64,000 nucleotides of DNA from Escherichia coli (GTDB taxonomy: Bacteria > Pseudomonadota > Gammaproteobacteria > Enterobacterales > Enterobacteriaceae). The notes beneath the pieces are model-generated. The model was not told where the DNA came from and searched no databases. It worked only from the letters and a program-made list of their open reading frames with translations. Shown piece by piece: positions 34,923 to 45,208 of the stretch (within the stretch, counting starts at the first letter, position 1; the number at the start of each line of letters is the position of its first letter). The DNA lies in the NCBI RefSeq assembly GCF_016026235.1, contig NZ_CP065613.1; one strand, written 5' to 3'. Made by a program: the position numbers and the translations under genes.

Positions 34923-36179
34923 ATGGATTTCTTTCGTTTTTTGATGAGCGATGTACTTTCCGAACCCGCAGTGCTGGTCGGTTTAATCGCCCTGATTGGC
35001 CTGATTGCACAGAAAAAACCGGTAACCGAATGCATTAAAGGTACCGTCAAGACCATTATGGGGTTTGTGATTTTAGGCGCAGGGGCGGGTTTAGTTGTGT
35101 CGTCACTGGGTGACTTCGCAAACATTTTCCAGCATGCCTTTGGTATTCAGGGTGTAGTGCCGAACAATGAAGCCATTGTTTCCGTAGCGCAGAAAAGCTT
35201 CGGGAAAGAAATGGCGATGATTATGTTCTTTGCGATGGTTATCAACATTATGATTGCCCGTTTCACACCGTGGAAATTTATCTTCCTGACCGGTCATCAC
35301 ACGTTGTTTATGTCGATGATGGTAGCGGTAATTCTGGCAACAGCAGGCATGACCGGCATTACGCTTATAGCCGTTGGCTCTTTGGTTGTTGGCGTGGCAA
35401 TGGTCTTTTTCCCGGCTATTGCGCATCCGTACATGAAGAAAGTGACCGGTTCTGATGACGTTGCCATCGGCCACTTCTCAACATTATCTTATGTATTGGC
35501 CGGTTTCATCGGCAGCAAGTTTGGTAATAAAGAGCACTCGACTGAAGACATGAATGTGCCGAAAAGTCTGCTGTTCTTGCGCGACACGCCGGTTGCTATC
35601 TCTTTTACCATGAGCATAATTTTCCTGGTGACGTGCCTGTTTGCGGGTGCAGATGCGGTGAAAGAGCTTAGCGGTGGTAAAAACTGGTTCATGTTCTCTA
35701 TCATGCAATCCATTACCTTCGCAGCTGGCGTGTACATCATTCTGCAGGGTGTGCGCATGGTGATTGCGGAGATTGTCCCGGCATTCAAAGGTATTTCAGA
35801 CAAGCTGGTTCCGAATGCCAGACCTGCTCTCGATTGCCCGGTCGTCTTCCCTTACGCACCTAACGCTGTACTGGTTGGTTTCCTGAGTAGCTTTGCTGCA
35901 GGTTTAATCGGTATGTTCACGTTGTATCTGCTGAACATGATCGTGATTATTCCTGGTGTGGTGCCGCACTTCTTCGTAGGTGCAGCTGCAGGGGTATTCG
36001 GTAATGCAACGGGTGGACGTCGTGGTGCGATTTTGGGTGCCTTCGCTCAAGGCTTGCTTATTACCTTCCTGCCAGTATTCTTATTGCCGGTGCTGGGTGA
36101 TATTGGTTTTGCTAACACCACCTTCAGTGATGCTGACTTTGGCGCACTGGGTATTTTGTTAGGGATTATCGTTCGCTAA
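34923..36179 (+). CDS. PTS EIIC component (ascorbate-type, SgaT/UlaA-like)
   Basis: 418-aa polytopic membrane protein following EIIA and EIIB. Confidence 0.75.
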   Translation: MDFFRFLMSDVLSEPAVLVGLIALIGLIAQKKPVTECIKGTVKTIMGFVILGAGAGLVVSSLGDFANIFQHAFGIQGVVPNNEAIVSVAQKSFGKEMAMIMFFAMVINIMIARFTPWKFIFLTGHHTLFMSMMVAVILATAGMTGITLIAVGSLVVGVAMVFFPAIAHPYMKKVTGSDDVAIGHFSTLSYVLAGFIGSKFGNKEHSTEDMNVPKSLLFLRDTPVAISFTMSIIFLVTCLFAGADAVKELSGGKNWFMFSIMQSITFAAGVYIILQGVRMVIAEIVPAFKGISDKLVPNARPALDCPVVFPYAPNAVLVGFLSSFAAGLIGMFTLYLLNMIVIIPGVVPHFFVGAAAGVFGNATGGRRGAILGAFAQGLLITFLPVFLLPVLGDIGFANTTFSDADFGALGILLGIIVR

Positions 36180-36418
36180 TATTTTGATGACATTAATATC
36201 CTCCAGGATTTCAGGAACGTGGAGGATATTAATTCCTCTTATTTTCTCCATTTTTCTTTCTTCCAGTCAGGACTGCATCCGATTAATCGTAAGGCAGTAT
36301 GACTTTCTGTGAGACAGATGCTGGCCAACGTGGGATATTTAACGCGGGTTAACATCGTTGTCAGAGCCGCATGGGTGAGCTGTTGCTACACCCCGGTATT
36401 TCCACCACGGAGGCCAGC

Positions 36419-37546
36419 ATGAACAACAATAACACATTGTACGTCGGGTTAGATGTTCACAAAGAATCGATTACTGTCGCTTATGCTATCAATTCAGAAC
36501 CTGTTGAACTGATGGGTAAAATTGGCACATCACCTACTGATATTCAGAATCTTTGTAAACGTCTCAGGTCAAAGTCATCGCAGGTCAGTATCGTTTATGA
36601 AGCGGGGCCCTGTGGTTATGGACTTTATCGTCGGCTGGTGAAATCCGGTTTTGACTGCATGGTCTGCGCCCCCTCACTTATCCCGAAAAAACCGGGGGAG
36701 CGGGTTAAAACCGATCGCCGTGATGCCATCAGACTTGTGCGTTCACTGCGTGCAGGAGATCTTTCTGCTGTCTACGTACCCGGCATTGAAGATGAGGCAT
36801 TCCGGGATTTGGCCCGGGCATGGGCATCTGCCCGCGATGATTTACGGCATGCAAGGCAACGTCTGAAATCGTTTCTTCTGGTTCATGGGGTCCATTATGT
36901 CGGGCGAGCAGATTGGGGCCCTGCACACCGACGCTGGCTCAGCAAATACTCATTCGAAAGTCCCTGGCGACAATTAGCTTTTGACGAACACCGTCGTACA
37001 ATAGAAGACCGGCAGGCACAATGTGAACGGCTGGAATCCGCCCTGAAGGAGGCCGTTACCGAATGGAGGCTGTATCCGGTAGTAGAGGCGCTGCAAGCCA
37101 TGCGAGGGATTCAGTTTATTACTGCGGTTGGATTAATTTCTGAACTGGGTGATCTGACCCGTTTTGAACATCCACGACAACTGATGTCATGGTTTGGTAT
37201 CACGCCATCAGAATATTCATCGGGTGGAAGCAGACATCAGGGCAGCATTACCAAAGCCGGAAACAGCTATGCCAGAAAGCTATTGGTCGAGGCAGCGTGG
37301 AGTTACCGTCATCCGGCACGCATCAGTCCGGCAATACAAAAAAGGCAGGAAAATTTACCCCGCCCCGTCATTGACAGAGCATGGGATGCTCAACTCAGGC
37401 TTTGTAAGAGGTATCGAAAACTTCAGGCCAAAGGAAAGAATGTCAATATTACAATTGTTGCTGTTGCACGTGAGCTGGCGGGTTTTATCTGGGATATGGG
37501 CCGAATAGCAATATCTGTCGCACAACAACCACAATGTCACAAATAA
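36419..37546 (+). CDS. IS110-family transposase/recombinase (DEDD N-terminal domain)
   Basis: Start at MNNNNTLYVGLDVHKESI after GGAGG; C-terminal motif GITPSEYSSGGSRHQGSITKAGNSYARKLL typical of the IS110 family. Confidence 0.8.
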   Translation: MNNNNTLYVGLDVHKESITVAYAINSEPVELMGKIGTSPTDIQNLCKRLRSKSSQVSIVYEAGPCGYGLYRRLVKSGFDCMVCAPSLIPKKPGERVKTDRRDAIRLVRSLRAGDLSAVYVPGIEDEAFRDLARAWASARDDLRHARQRLKSFLLVHGVHYVGRADWGPAHRRWLSKYSFESPWRQLAFDEHRRTIEDRQAQCERLESALKEAVTEWRLYPVVEALQAMRGIQFITAVGLISELGDLTRFEHPRQLMSWFGITPSEYSSGGSRHQGSITKAGNSYARKLLVEAAWSYRHPARISPAIQKRQENLPRPVIDRAWDAQLRLCKRYRKLQAKGKNVNITIVAVARELAGFIWDMGRIAISVAQQPQCHK

Positions 37547-38138
37547 AAAATGAGAATAACCAGTTCCCTGAAGGCGACGTAGCCCGGTACAAGAGTAACC
37601 CACGTTAGCGCTTGGCGACGGCGGAACAAAGCTGATTCGCGACGTAAGAAAGTGGCAGGCTCATATGACGGACCTCTGTAATGCGGTATCCAACCCGCGA
37701 ATATCAGCGTGATTCACCGTCGGATTTACTGCTACGTCGCCCTCAGGGAATTAAACCTAAAAAGAAAATCGTCAAAATTAGAGATTCCGGTTTGACACGG
37801 AAAGTCATATCAGCGCTGACGGGTGACCCTAAGCCCTGATAATCATAGCTTAAGGTGAGGATTTATGAGGGATTAATTAGGAAAAGTAATAATTAATTTG
37901 TTGTCAGTCGGCGATGTTTGTTAGGCCAATATTTCAAAAATAATCCAGCTTGTCGTCAATAATTGCGATAAAGAGATAAATTAAAGTTAAATAATTAAAT
38001 CATTAAAAAATTACGCCATTAAAATGCGAGGCGTCTTCCGGATTAGAATCGATAAAACAGAATGGGTTAAAGAGAGCGATATAATAGCGGCGGGTGCTTG
38101 AGGCTGTCTGTCTCAGGCATTAGCTGAACGGCAGATAG

Positions 38139-38193
38139 AGAAAAGCCCCGAGTGATATTTTACCATCAACCCGAGGCCCCCTATATGCTGAAC
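38139..38193 (-). ncRNA. sokC: putative Sok-type antisense RNA of the hok/mok locus (position inferred, not seen)
   Basis: Inferred from the canonical hok/sok layout, in which the antitoxin RNA is antisense to the mok start region; no promoter or terminator verified. Confidence 0.3.
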
Positions 38194-38394
38194 ACATGTA
38201 GAGTGCCTCTTACTGACCGTAAGGTCAAGGAGAAGAGAGCAATGAAGCAGCATAAGGCGATGATTGTCGCCCTGATCGTCATCTGTATCACCGCCGTAGT
38301 GGCGGCGCTGGTAACGAGAAAAGACCTCTGTGAGGTTCACATCCGAACTGGCCAGACGGAGGTTGCTGTTTTCACGGCTTACGAATCCGAGTAA
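38185..38394 (+). CDS. mokC: Mok-type translational coupling frame overlapping hok
   Basis: 69-codon frame starting MLNTCRVPL that ends at the same stop as hok. Confidence 0.6.
   Translation: MLNTCRVPLTDRKVKEKRAMKQHKAMIVALIVICITAVVAALVTRKDLCEVHIRTGQTEVAVFTAYESE
38242..38394 (+). CDS. hokC: Hok/Gef-family type I toxin (50 aa)
   Basis: MKQHKAMIVALIVICITAVVAALVTRKDLCEVHIRTGQTEVAVFTAYESE, a single-TM Hok family peptide. Confidence 0.85.
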   Translation: MKQHKAMIVALIVICITAVVAALVTRKDLCEVHIRTGQTEVAVFTAYESE

Positions 38395-38417
38395 GAGCAA
38401 CGGCGGGGAGTGATCCC

Positions 38418-39712
38418 CTGAGGGATCCCCAGAAAATTTAGTAAACCATTATCATATTGGTATACCGTTGCTGTAGAACTTTCAGCCCTGCGTCAAGTGA
38501 CAGTGTGTTTAGTATGAGTGGAGAATGTCGAATCACATTCTCCGCCAGTTTTAATAACGAGATGACTCGCCTGTGCTTCACTGTATTTGCCTGATATTTA
38601 TGATGTATCCCTTTGTTTTCCAGGCTGAAACCGCTTAACCACATAATGATACTGGCTAATGTTGCGATCAGACTCAATACCGTGACCCGCCCGGATGAAT
38701 GACTGGCACCAAACCGTAGTCCAAATCCCCAGCGAGGATTTTTTTCATCCCTGAAATTTTGCTCAATTTGCATTCTACGGCTGTATAATTTCATTACCTG
38801 TTTTGGCGAGAACTCAGTACTGTTTGTGAAAATAAACCATGGTGATTTCCCGGCAGTACGAGCTTTAGCCGTCACCGATGGTCTGGTTGCTCTTTCCTTC
38901 GAGCGTTTAAATCTACGACCTTTAGGCTTACTTTTATAAAGATAAAAATGCCCTTCATGTTGTGCATTTTTATCTCGACCCAGCAGGCCTTCACCTAAAT
39001 AAATTGCTGTCGTTGATGCTTTTGTGCCTGAGTCCGACACCTTTTCCCAGCCATTACCAACATTGTAATAATGATTGCCCAGTACCCGGCAAATATAGGT
39101 CCAGCCACGGGAGCGGAGCTGTTGGAACCATCGCCCCTGAAAACCGGCATCTGTAATAACAATGACATCAGTCCCGGGGGAAAAGCACTCAGCAAGCGAT
39201 TCCAGAAAACGCTCATGTACATCTGCATTCGCTGTCTGTGATGATGGAACGACACAACTCATCAACGGTAAAGAACGCCCGTCACATGCCAGGCTTGCCC
39301 GCAAAAGCTGAAAACGAGAGGCATGATAAGCACTCCAGTCAATGAGTATCACAACACGAGACATTCCCCGCGTAATCTTTTGGGTAATTCGCTGAAAAAT
39401 GGTGGAAACCTCATTTTGCAAATGTCGATTCCCCAACAGTCGATCCACCCGCTTTATTTTGTTTTTAACTGATGCCGTACCGGTTAAATGACGCCCGATA
39501 CTGGTAAGTGTGAGGGAAGCGCCATTTATTACAGCATTAGTTGCGTCAATCAGTGATTTTTGACGGTAAAGATGCAAAGGGGCCAGTATATTGTTAAGGA
39601 AATTTTGGCATAATGAACGTGCAGGCATAGTGGTGATCTCCTTGAAATTGTTAGCACAATCAATTAGATCACATCTCACTATGCCTGTCTTGTTTTCTGG
39701 GGATTCCTCAGG
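38418..39712 (-). mobile_element. IS4-family insertion sequence (IS10-like), copy 3, flanked by 9-bp direct repeat AGTGATCCC
   Basis: Same termini as copies 1 and 2; duplicated 9-mer at 38409..38417 and 39713..39721; target lies in GGGGAGTGATCCCC. Confidence 0.85.
38438..39628 (-). CDS. IS4-family (IS10-like) DDE transposase
   Basis: Identical protein to copies 1 and 2. Confidence 0.8.
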   Translation of the reverse strand: MPARSLCQNFLNNILAPLHLYRQKSLIDATNAVINGASLTLTSIGRHLTGTASVKNKIKRVDRLLGNRHLQNEVSTIFQRITQKITRGMSRVVILIDWSAYHASRFQLLRASLACDGRSLPLMSCVVPSSQTANADVHERFLESLAECFSPGTDVIVITDAGFQGRWFQQLRSRGWTYICRVLGNHYYNVGNGWEKVSDSGTKASTTAIYLGEGLLGRDKNAQHEGHFYLYKSKPKGRRFKRSKERATRPSVTAKARTAGKSPWFIFTNSTEFSPKQVMKLYSRRMQIEQNFRDEKNPRWGFGLRFGASHSSGRVTVLSLIATLASIIMWLSGFSLENKGIHHKYQANTVKHRRVISLLKLAENVIRHSPLILNTLSLDAGLKVLQQRYTNMIMVY

Positions 39713-39801
39713 AGTGATCCCCGCCACTTTACAGGTGCTCGCATATCTTCAACGCACCCTATTTTTACCCAGGCCTGCCCACGGGCAGGCTTTTGGGGAG
39801 G

Positions 39802-40932
39802 TTAGCGGGTCAGGTCGTCAAAAAACTTCTTCACACCATCAAAGAAGCTCTTTGAGCGCGGGCTGTTGTGCTCGCCGGTTGGGCCACCGAAGCTTTCTTG
39901 CAGCTCTTGCAGCAGCTGTTTCTGCTTCTCGTTCAGGCCTACCGGTGTTTCGACGACAACGCGGCACAGCAAATCACCCTGTGCGCCACCGCGGACAGAC
40001 TTGACGCCTTTACCGCGCATACGGAATAGCTTACCGGTCTGGGTTTCGCCAGGCACTTTCAGTTTGACGCGACCATCAAGGGTCGGTACTTCGATTTCGC
40101 CACCCAGCGCCGCCATAGCGAAGTTGATCGGGACTTCGCAATACAGGTTGTTGCCTTCACGCTCGAAAATCGGGTGCTGTTTAACCTGAACCTGAACGTA
40201 CAGATCGCCTGCCGGTGCGCCATGCTCGCCCGCTTCACCTTCGCCCGCAAGACGGATGCGGTCTCCAGTGTCCACCCCTGCCGGGATTTTAACGGACAGC
40301 GTTTTGCTGCGCTCAACACGACCATGACCATGACATTTGTTGCACGGATCTTTGATCAGCGTACCGCGGCCCTGACAGTGTGGACAGGTCTGCTGCACGG
40401 CAAAGAAACCCTGGCGCATCTGCACCTGACCAGAACCATGACAGGTCGGACAGGTCTGCGGCTGTGTACCTGGTTTTGCACCGCTACCGTGGCAAACGTC
40501 ACACTCTTCCAGAGTCGGAATGCGGATCTCTTTGGTCACGCCACGTACAGCTTCTTCGAGGGTGAGCTCCATGTTATAGCGTAAATCAGCACCGCGCGCC
40601 GCACGTTGACGACCACGTCCGCCGCCAAAAATATCGCCGAAAACGTCACCAAAAATATCGCTGAAGTCTGCGCCGCCGCCAAAACCGCCGCCGCCCATGC
40701 CACCTTGCTCAAACGCAGCATGACCATACTGATCGTATGCCGCACGTTTTTGCGAGTCGGTCAGAACTTCATAAGCTTCCTTGATCTCTTTAAATTTCGC
40801 CTCGGCCTCTTTGTCACCCTGGTTACGGTCTGGGTGGTATTTCATGGCCAGGCGTTTGTAGGCCTTTTTGATTTCACGCTCTTCCGCTGTTTTGGAAACG
40901 CCTAAAATCTCGTAATAATCTTGCTTAGCCAT
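39802..40932 (-). CDS. dnaJ: chaperone DnaJ (Hsp40)
   Basis: J-domain with HPD, G/F-rich region and four CxxCxGxG zinc motifs; start at [11 protein letters not shown]. Confidence 0.97.
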
Positions 40933-41020
40933 CTTTTTTAAATTGCCCCTAGATGAATGCACGGGCGGAGAGGAAATTCCCCTTCGCCCGTGTCAGTATA
41001 ATTACCCGTTTATAGGGCGA

Positions 41021-42937
41021 TTATTTTTTGTCTTTGACTTCTTCAAATTCAGCGTCGACAACATCGTCATCTTTCGCGTTGTTTGCAGAAGCATCAGCAC
41101 CGGCAGTCTGCTGCTGGGCATGTTGCTGCTGGGCGATTTCCATCAGTTTCTGGGAAACCTGTGCCAGTTCCTGCATTTTCGCTTCGATAGCGGCTTTGTC
41201 TTCACCTTTCAGAGCAGTTTCCAGTGCAGTCAGCGCAGACTCGATAGCAGTTTTGTCGTCAGCCGGCAGTTTGTCGCCTGCTTCTTCAACCTGCTTACGG
41301 GTGCTGTGCAGCAGATGGTCGCCCTGGTTGCGAGTCTGTACCAGCTCTTCAAACTTACGGTCAGCTTCGGCGTTAGCTTCTGCGTCGCGTACCATTTTCT
41401 GGATTTCATCTTCGTTCAGACCAGAAGAAGCCTTGATGGTGATCTTCTGCTCTTTACCGCTGTTTTTATCTTTCGCGGAAACGTGCAGGATACCGTCAGC
41501 ATCGATATCGAAGGTAACTTCGATCTGCGGCATGCCGCGCGGTGCCGGGTTGATACCATCCAGGTTGAACTGACCCAGAGATTTGTTATCAGCCGCACGT
41601 TTACGTTCACCCTGCAGCACGTGGATGGTTACCGCAGACTGGTTGTCTTCAGCGGTAGAGAACACCTGGCTGTGCTTGGTCGGGATAGTGGTGTTTTTCG
41701 CGATCAGCGTCGTCATCACACCGCCCATGGTTTCGATACCCAGAGACAGCGGGGTAACGTCCAGCAGCAGTACGTCTTTTACGTCACCAGTCAGAACACC
41801 ACCCTGAACAGCAGCACCGATTGCTACAGCTTCGTCCGGGTTAACATCTTTACGCGGCTCTTTACCAAAGAACTCAGCAACTTTCTTCTGAACCATTGGC
41901 ATACGAGTCTGACCACCAACGAGGATAACGTCGTCGATATCAGATACGGACAGGCCAGCGTCCTGCAGTGCAACTTTCAGCGGCTCAATGGAACGGTTTA
42001 CCAGATCTTCAACCAGGCTTTCCAGTTTCGCACGAGTCACTTTGATGTTCATGTGTTTCGGACCGGTCGCGTCTGCAGTGATGTACGGCAGGTTAACGTC
42101 GGTCTGCTGAGCGGAAGACAGTTCGATTTTCGCTTTTTCTGCCGCTTCTTTCAGGCGCTGCATTGCCAGCGGATCGTTGCGCAGGTCAATGCCCTGATCT
42201 TTCTTGAATTCTTCAACCAGATAGTTGATCAGACGGCTGTCGAAGTCTTCACCACCCAGGTGGGTATCACCGTTGGTTGCCAGAACTTCGAAGGTTTTTT
42301 CGCCGTCAACTTCGTCGATTTCGATAATAGAAATATCGAAAGTACCACCACCCAGGTCATAAACCGCGATAGTACGGTTGCCAGTACCTTTGTCCAGACC
42401 GTAAGCCAGCGCAGCTGCGGTCGGTTCGTTGATGATACGTTTTACTTCGAGACCAGCGATACGGCCTGCGTCTTTGGTTGCCTGACGCTGAGCATCGTTA
42501 AAGTATGCCGGTACGGTGATAACAGCTTCAGTTACCGGTTCACCCAGGTAATCTTCAGCGGTTTTCTTCATTTTTTTCAGCACTTCAGCAGAGATCTGCG
42601 GCGGTGCCATTTTCTGGCCTTTAACTTCGACCCATGCGTCGCCGTTATCAGCAGCAATAATTTTGAACGGCATGATGGAAACATCACGCTGTACTTCTTC
42701 GTCCTGGAAGCGGCGGCCAATCAGGCGTTTAATCGCAAACAGGGTGTTTTGCGGGTTCGTCACTGCCTGACGTTTAGCCGGCTGACCAACCAGAGTTTCA
42801 CCATCCTGGGTATAGGCAATAATAGAAGGCGTGGTGCGATCGCCTTCGGCGTTCTCCAGCACGCGAGGAGTGGTGCCATCCATAATCGCTACACAAGAGT
42901 TGGTAGTACCCAGGTCGATACCAATTATTTTACCCAT
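41021..42937 (-). CDS. dnaK: chaperone DnaK (Hsp70)
   Basis: 638-aa Hsp70 with signatures IDLGTTNS and DLGGGTFD. Confidence 0.98.
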
Positions 42938-43054
42938 CTAAACGTCTCCACTATATATTCGGTCATCATGTGGTTGTGAGTCTGTAATAGGGGCGAAACG
43001 TCTGGTTTCAACTGCCCAATTTCATTTTTTTGCAGACTCACTCACTGCGGTTGA

Positions 43055-43100
43055 CTACTAAATGGGGTCGTAACCCACGTCATCAAGGGGGAGATGCAAA
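43055..43100 (-). promoter_or_regulatory. putative sigma32 heat-shock promoter of dnaK
   Basis: Minus-strand reading CCCCCTTGATGACGTGG...CCCCATTTAGT resembles the sigma32 -35 (CTTGAA) and -10 (CCCCATNT) consensus. Confidence 0.5.
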
Positions 43101-43313
43101 AATTTTTTGTGCTTTTGCTCAGAAATTTCGCGATATGGCAGGACAAGACGTAAAATTGACAGCAATTTTATTCATATAAAGAATGAATCGCAGCCAAGGT
43201 ATTCATCAAAAAATTGTAATAAAAAGAAAAGATTACGTGCCTGAATCTTCTCTTTATCAGCAGTAAACTAGTGGGTATTCATCCCCCTACCTCTTCCCAC
43301 TAAGAGAATCCTT

Positions 43314-43718
43314 ATGAAATCCGTTTTTACGATTTCCGCCAGCCTGGCGATTAGCCTGATGCTGTGCTGCACGGCGCAGGCAAACGACCATAAACTCCTC
43401 GGCGTCATTGCAATGCCGCGTAACGAAACCAACGATCTGGCGCTGAAACTTCCTGTTTGTCGCATTGTGAAACGCATACAACTCTCTGCCGACCATGGCG
43501 ATTTACAGTTAAGCGGTGCATCGGTTTATTTCAAAGCCGCCCGTAGCGCCAGTCAGAGCCTGAATATTCCTTCAGAAATAAAAGAAGGGCAAACCACTGA
43601 CTGGATCAACATTAACAGTGATAACGACAATAAACGCTGCGTCTCAAAAATCACCTTTTCCGGTCATACGGTGAACTCATCGGATATGGCCACGCTGAAA
43701 ATTATCGGCGACGACTAA
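43314..43718 (+). CDS. yaaI: DUF2541 periplasmic protein YaaI
   Basis: 134-aa ORF with signal peptide; conserved position next to dnaK. Confidence 0.85.
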   Translation: MKSVFTISASLAISLMLCCTAQANDHKLLGVIAMPRNETNDLALKLPVCRIVKRIQLSADHGDLQLSGASVYFKAARSASQSLNIPSEIKEGQTTDWININSDNDNKRCVSKITFSGHTVNSSDMATLKIIGDD

Positions 43719-43743
43719 CGCCAGAATATAGAAGCCACAAAAA

Positions 43744-44457
43744 ATGAATGTTAATTACCTGAATGATTCAGATCTGGATTTTCTCCAGCATTGTAGTGAG
43801 GAACAGTTAGCAAATTTCGCCCAGCTGCTCACCCATAATGAAAAAGGCAAAACTAGCCTCTCCAGCGTACTGATGCGCAACGAACTGTTTAAATCGATGG
43901 AAGGACATCCCGAGCAACATCGCCGCAACTGGCAGCTGATTGCTGGAGAATTACAGCATTTTGGTGGCGATAGTATCGCCAACAAACTGCGCGGACACGG
44001 TAAATTGTATCGGGCCATTTTGCTCGATGTTTCAAAACGATTGAAGCTGAAAGCCGACAAAGAGATGTCTACGTTTGAAATTGAGCAACAGTTACTGGAA
44101 CAATTTCTGCGTAATACCTGGAAGAAAATGGACGAGGAACATAAGCAGGAGTTTCTGCACGCGGTCGATGCCAGGGTGAATGAGCTGGAAGAGCTGCTGC
44201 CGCTGCTGATGAAAGACAAATTATTGGCAAAAGGCGTGTCGCATTTGCTTTCCAGCCAATTGACCCGCATTTTACGCACCCACGCAGCAATGAGCGTGCT
44301 TGGGCATGGTTTGCTGCGCGGCGCGGGTCTGGGAGGCCCTGTGGGCGCAGCATTAAATGGGGTTAAAGCGGTCAGCGGCAGCGCCTATCGCGTGACGATT
44401 CCAGCCGTACTGCAAATCGCCTGCCTGCGCCGGATGGTTAGCGCCACTCAGGTCTGA
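43744..44457 (+). CDS. yaaW: UPF0174 protein YaaW
   Basis: 237-aa ORF in conserved synteny. Confidence 0.85.
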   Translation: MNVNYLNDSDLDFLQHCSEEQLANFAQLLTHNEKGKTSLSSVLMRNELFKSMEGHPEQHRRNWQLIAGELQHFGGDSIANKLRGHGKLYRAILLDVSKRLKLKADKEMSTFEIEQQLLEQFLRNTWKKMDEEHKQEFLHAVDARVNELEELLPLLMKDKLLAKGVSHLLSSQLTRILRTHAAMSVLGHGLLRGAGLGGPVGAALNGVKAVSGSAYRVTIPAVLQIACLRRMVSATQV

Positions 44458-44605
44458 TACCGGAAACCGGGGAAAATTTTCATTTTCCCCTCAAAAGATC
44501 GTAGACACTGCCCCACTGGCTGATTATTATGCCGCGCCCTGAAAACACTACAGTTATTCAGGGAAATTATTTCACCATTCATTCGATGATGATTTTTGAG
44601 GAATT

Positions 44606-45172
44606 ATGGGCAACACTAAGTTGGCTAATCCGGCACCGCTGGGCCTGATGGGCTTCGGCATGACCACCATTCTGCTTAACCTGCACAACGTGGGTTATTT
44701 CGCTCTGGACGGTATTATTCTTGCCATGGGCATTTTCTACGGCGGCATCGCGCAAATTTTTGCCGGTCTGCTGGAGTACAAAAAAGGCAACACTTTCGGT
44801 TTAACCGCATTCACCTCTTACGGTTCTTTCTGGCTGACGCTGGTTGCGATTCTGCTGATGCCGAAACTGGGTCTGACCGATGCGCCAAATGCACAGTTCC
44901 TTGGTGTCTACCTGGGTCTGTGGGGCGTATTTACGCTGTTTATGTTCTTCGGCACTCTGAAAGGCGCACGCGTCCTGCAATTCGTTTTCTTTAGCCTGAC
45001 CGTGCTGTTTGCCCTGCTGGCGATCGGTAACATTGCCGGTAATGCCGCGATCATCCACTTTGCCGGCTGGATTGGTCTGATCTGCGGTGCCAGCGCAATC
45101 TATCTGGCGATGGGTGAAGTGCTGAACGAGCAGTTTGGTCGCACCGTTCTGCCGATTGGTGAATCCCACTAA
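44606..45172 (+). CDS. satP: succinate-acetate/proton symporter SatP (YaaH)
   Basis: 188-aa six-TM product, GPR1/FUN34/YaaH family. Confidence 0.9.
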   Translation: MGNTKLANPAPLGLMGFGMTTILLNLHNVGYFALDGIILAMGIFYGGIAQIFAGLLEYKKGNTFGLTAFTSYGSFWLTLVAILLMPKLGLTDAPNAQFLGVYLGLWGVFTLFMFFGTLKGARVLQFVFFSLTVLFALLAIGNIAGNAAIIHFAGWIGLICGASAIYLAMGEVLNEQFGRTVLPIGESH

Positions 45173-45182
45173 TTGTTTTGAG

Positions 45183-45208
45183 ATCCCCCCGCTCGGGGGG
45201 ATTTTTTT
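45183..45208 (+). terminator. rho-independent terminator after satP
   Basis: Hairpin ATCCCCCCGCTCGGGGGGAT followed by TTTTTTT. Confidence 0.6.

Noticed and set aside
38418-39712. Identification of the repeated IS as IS186
   Set aside because: Its position beside hokC and G-run/C-run targets recall IS186, but the transposase aligns with IS10-type proteins and the duplications are 9 bp, so the IS name is left open
40943-42979. 678-aa ORF on the plus strand
   Set aside because: Antisense to dnaK; low-complexity translation typical of a shadow frame
43755-44279. 174-aa minus-strand ORF inside yaaW
   Set aside because: Antisense overlap with a well-conserved gene; no supporting signal visible, so not called
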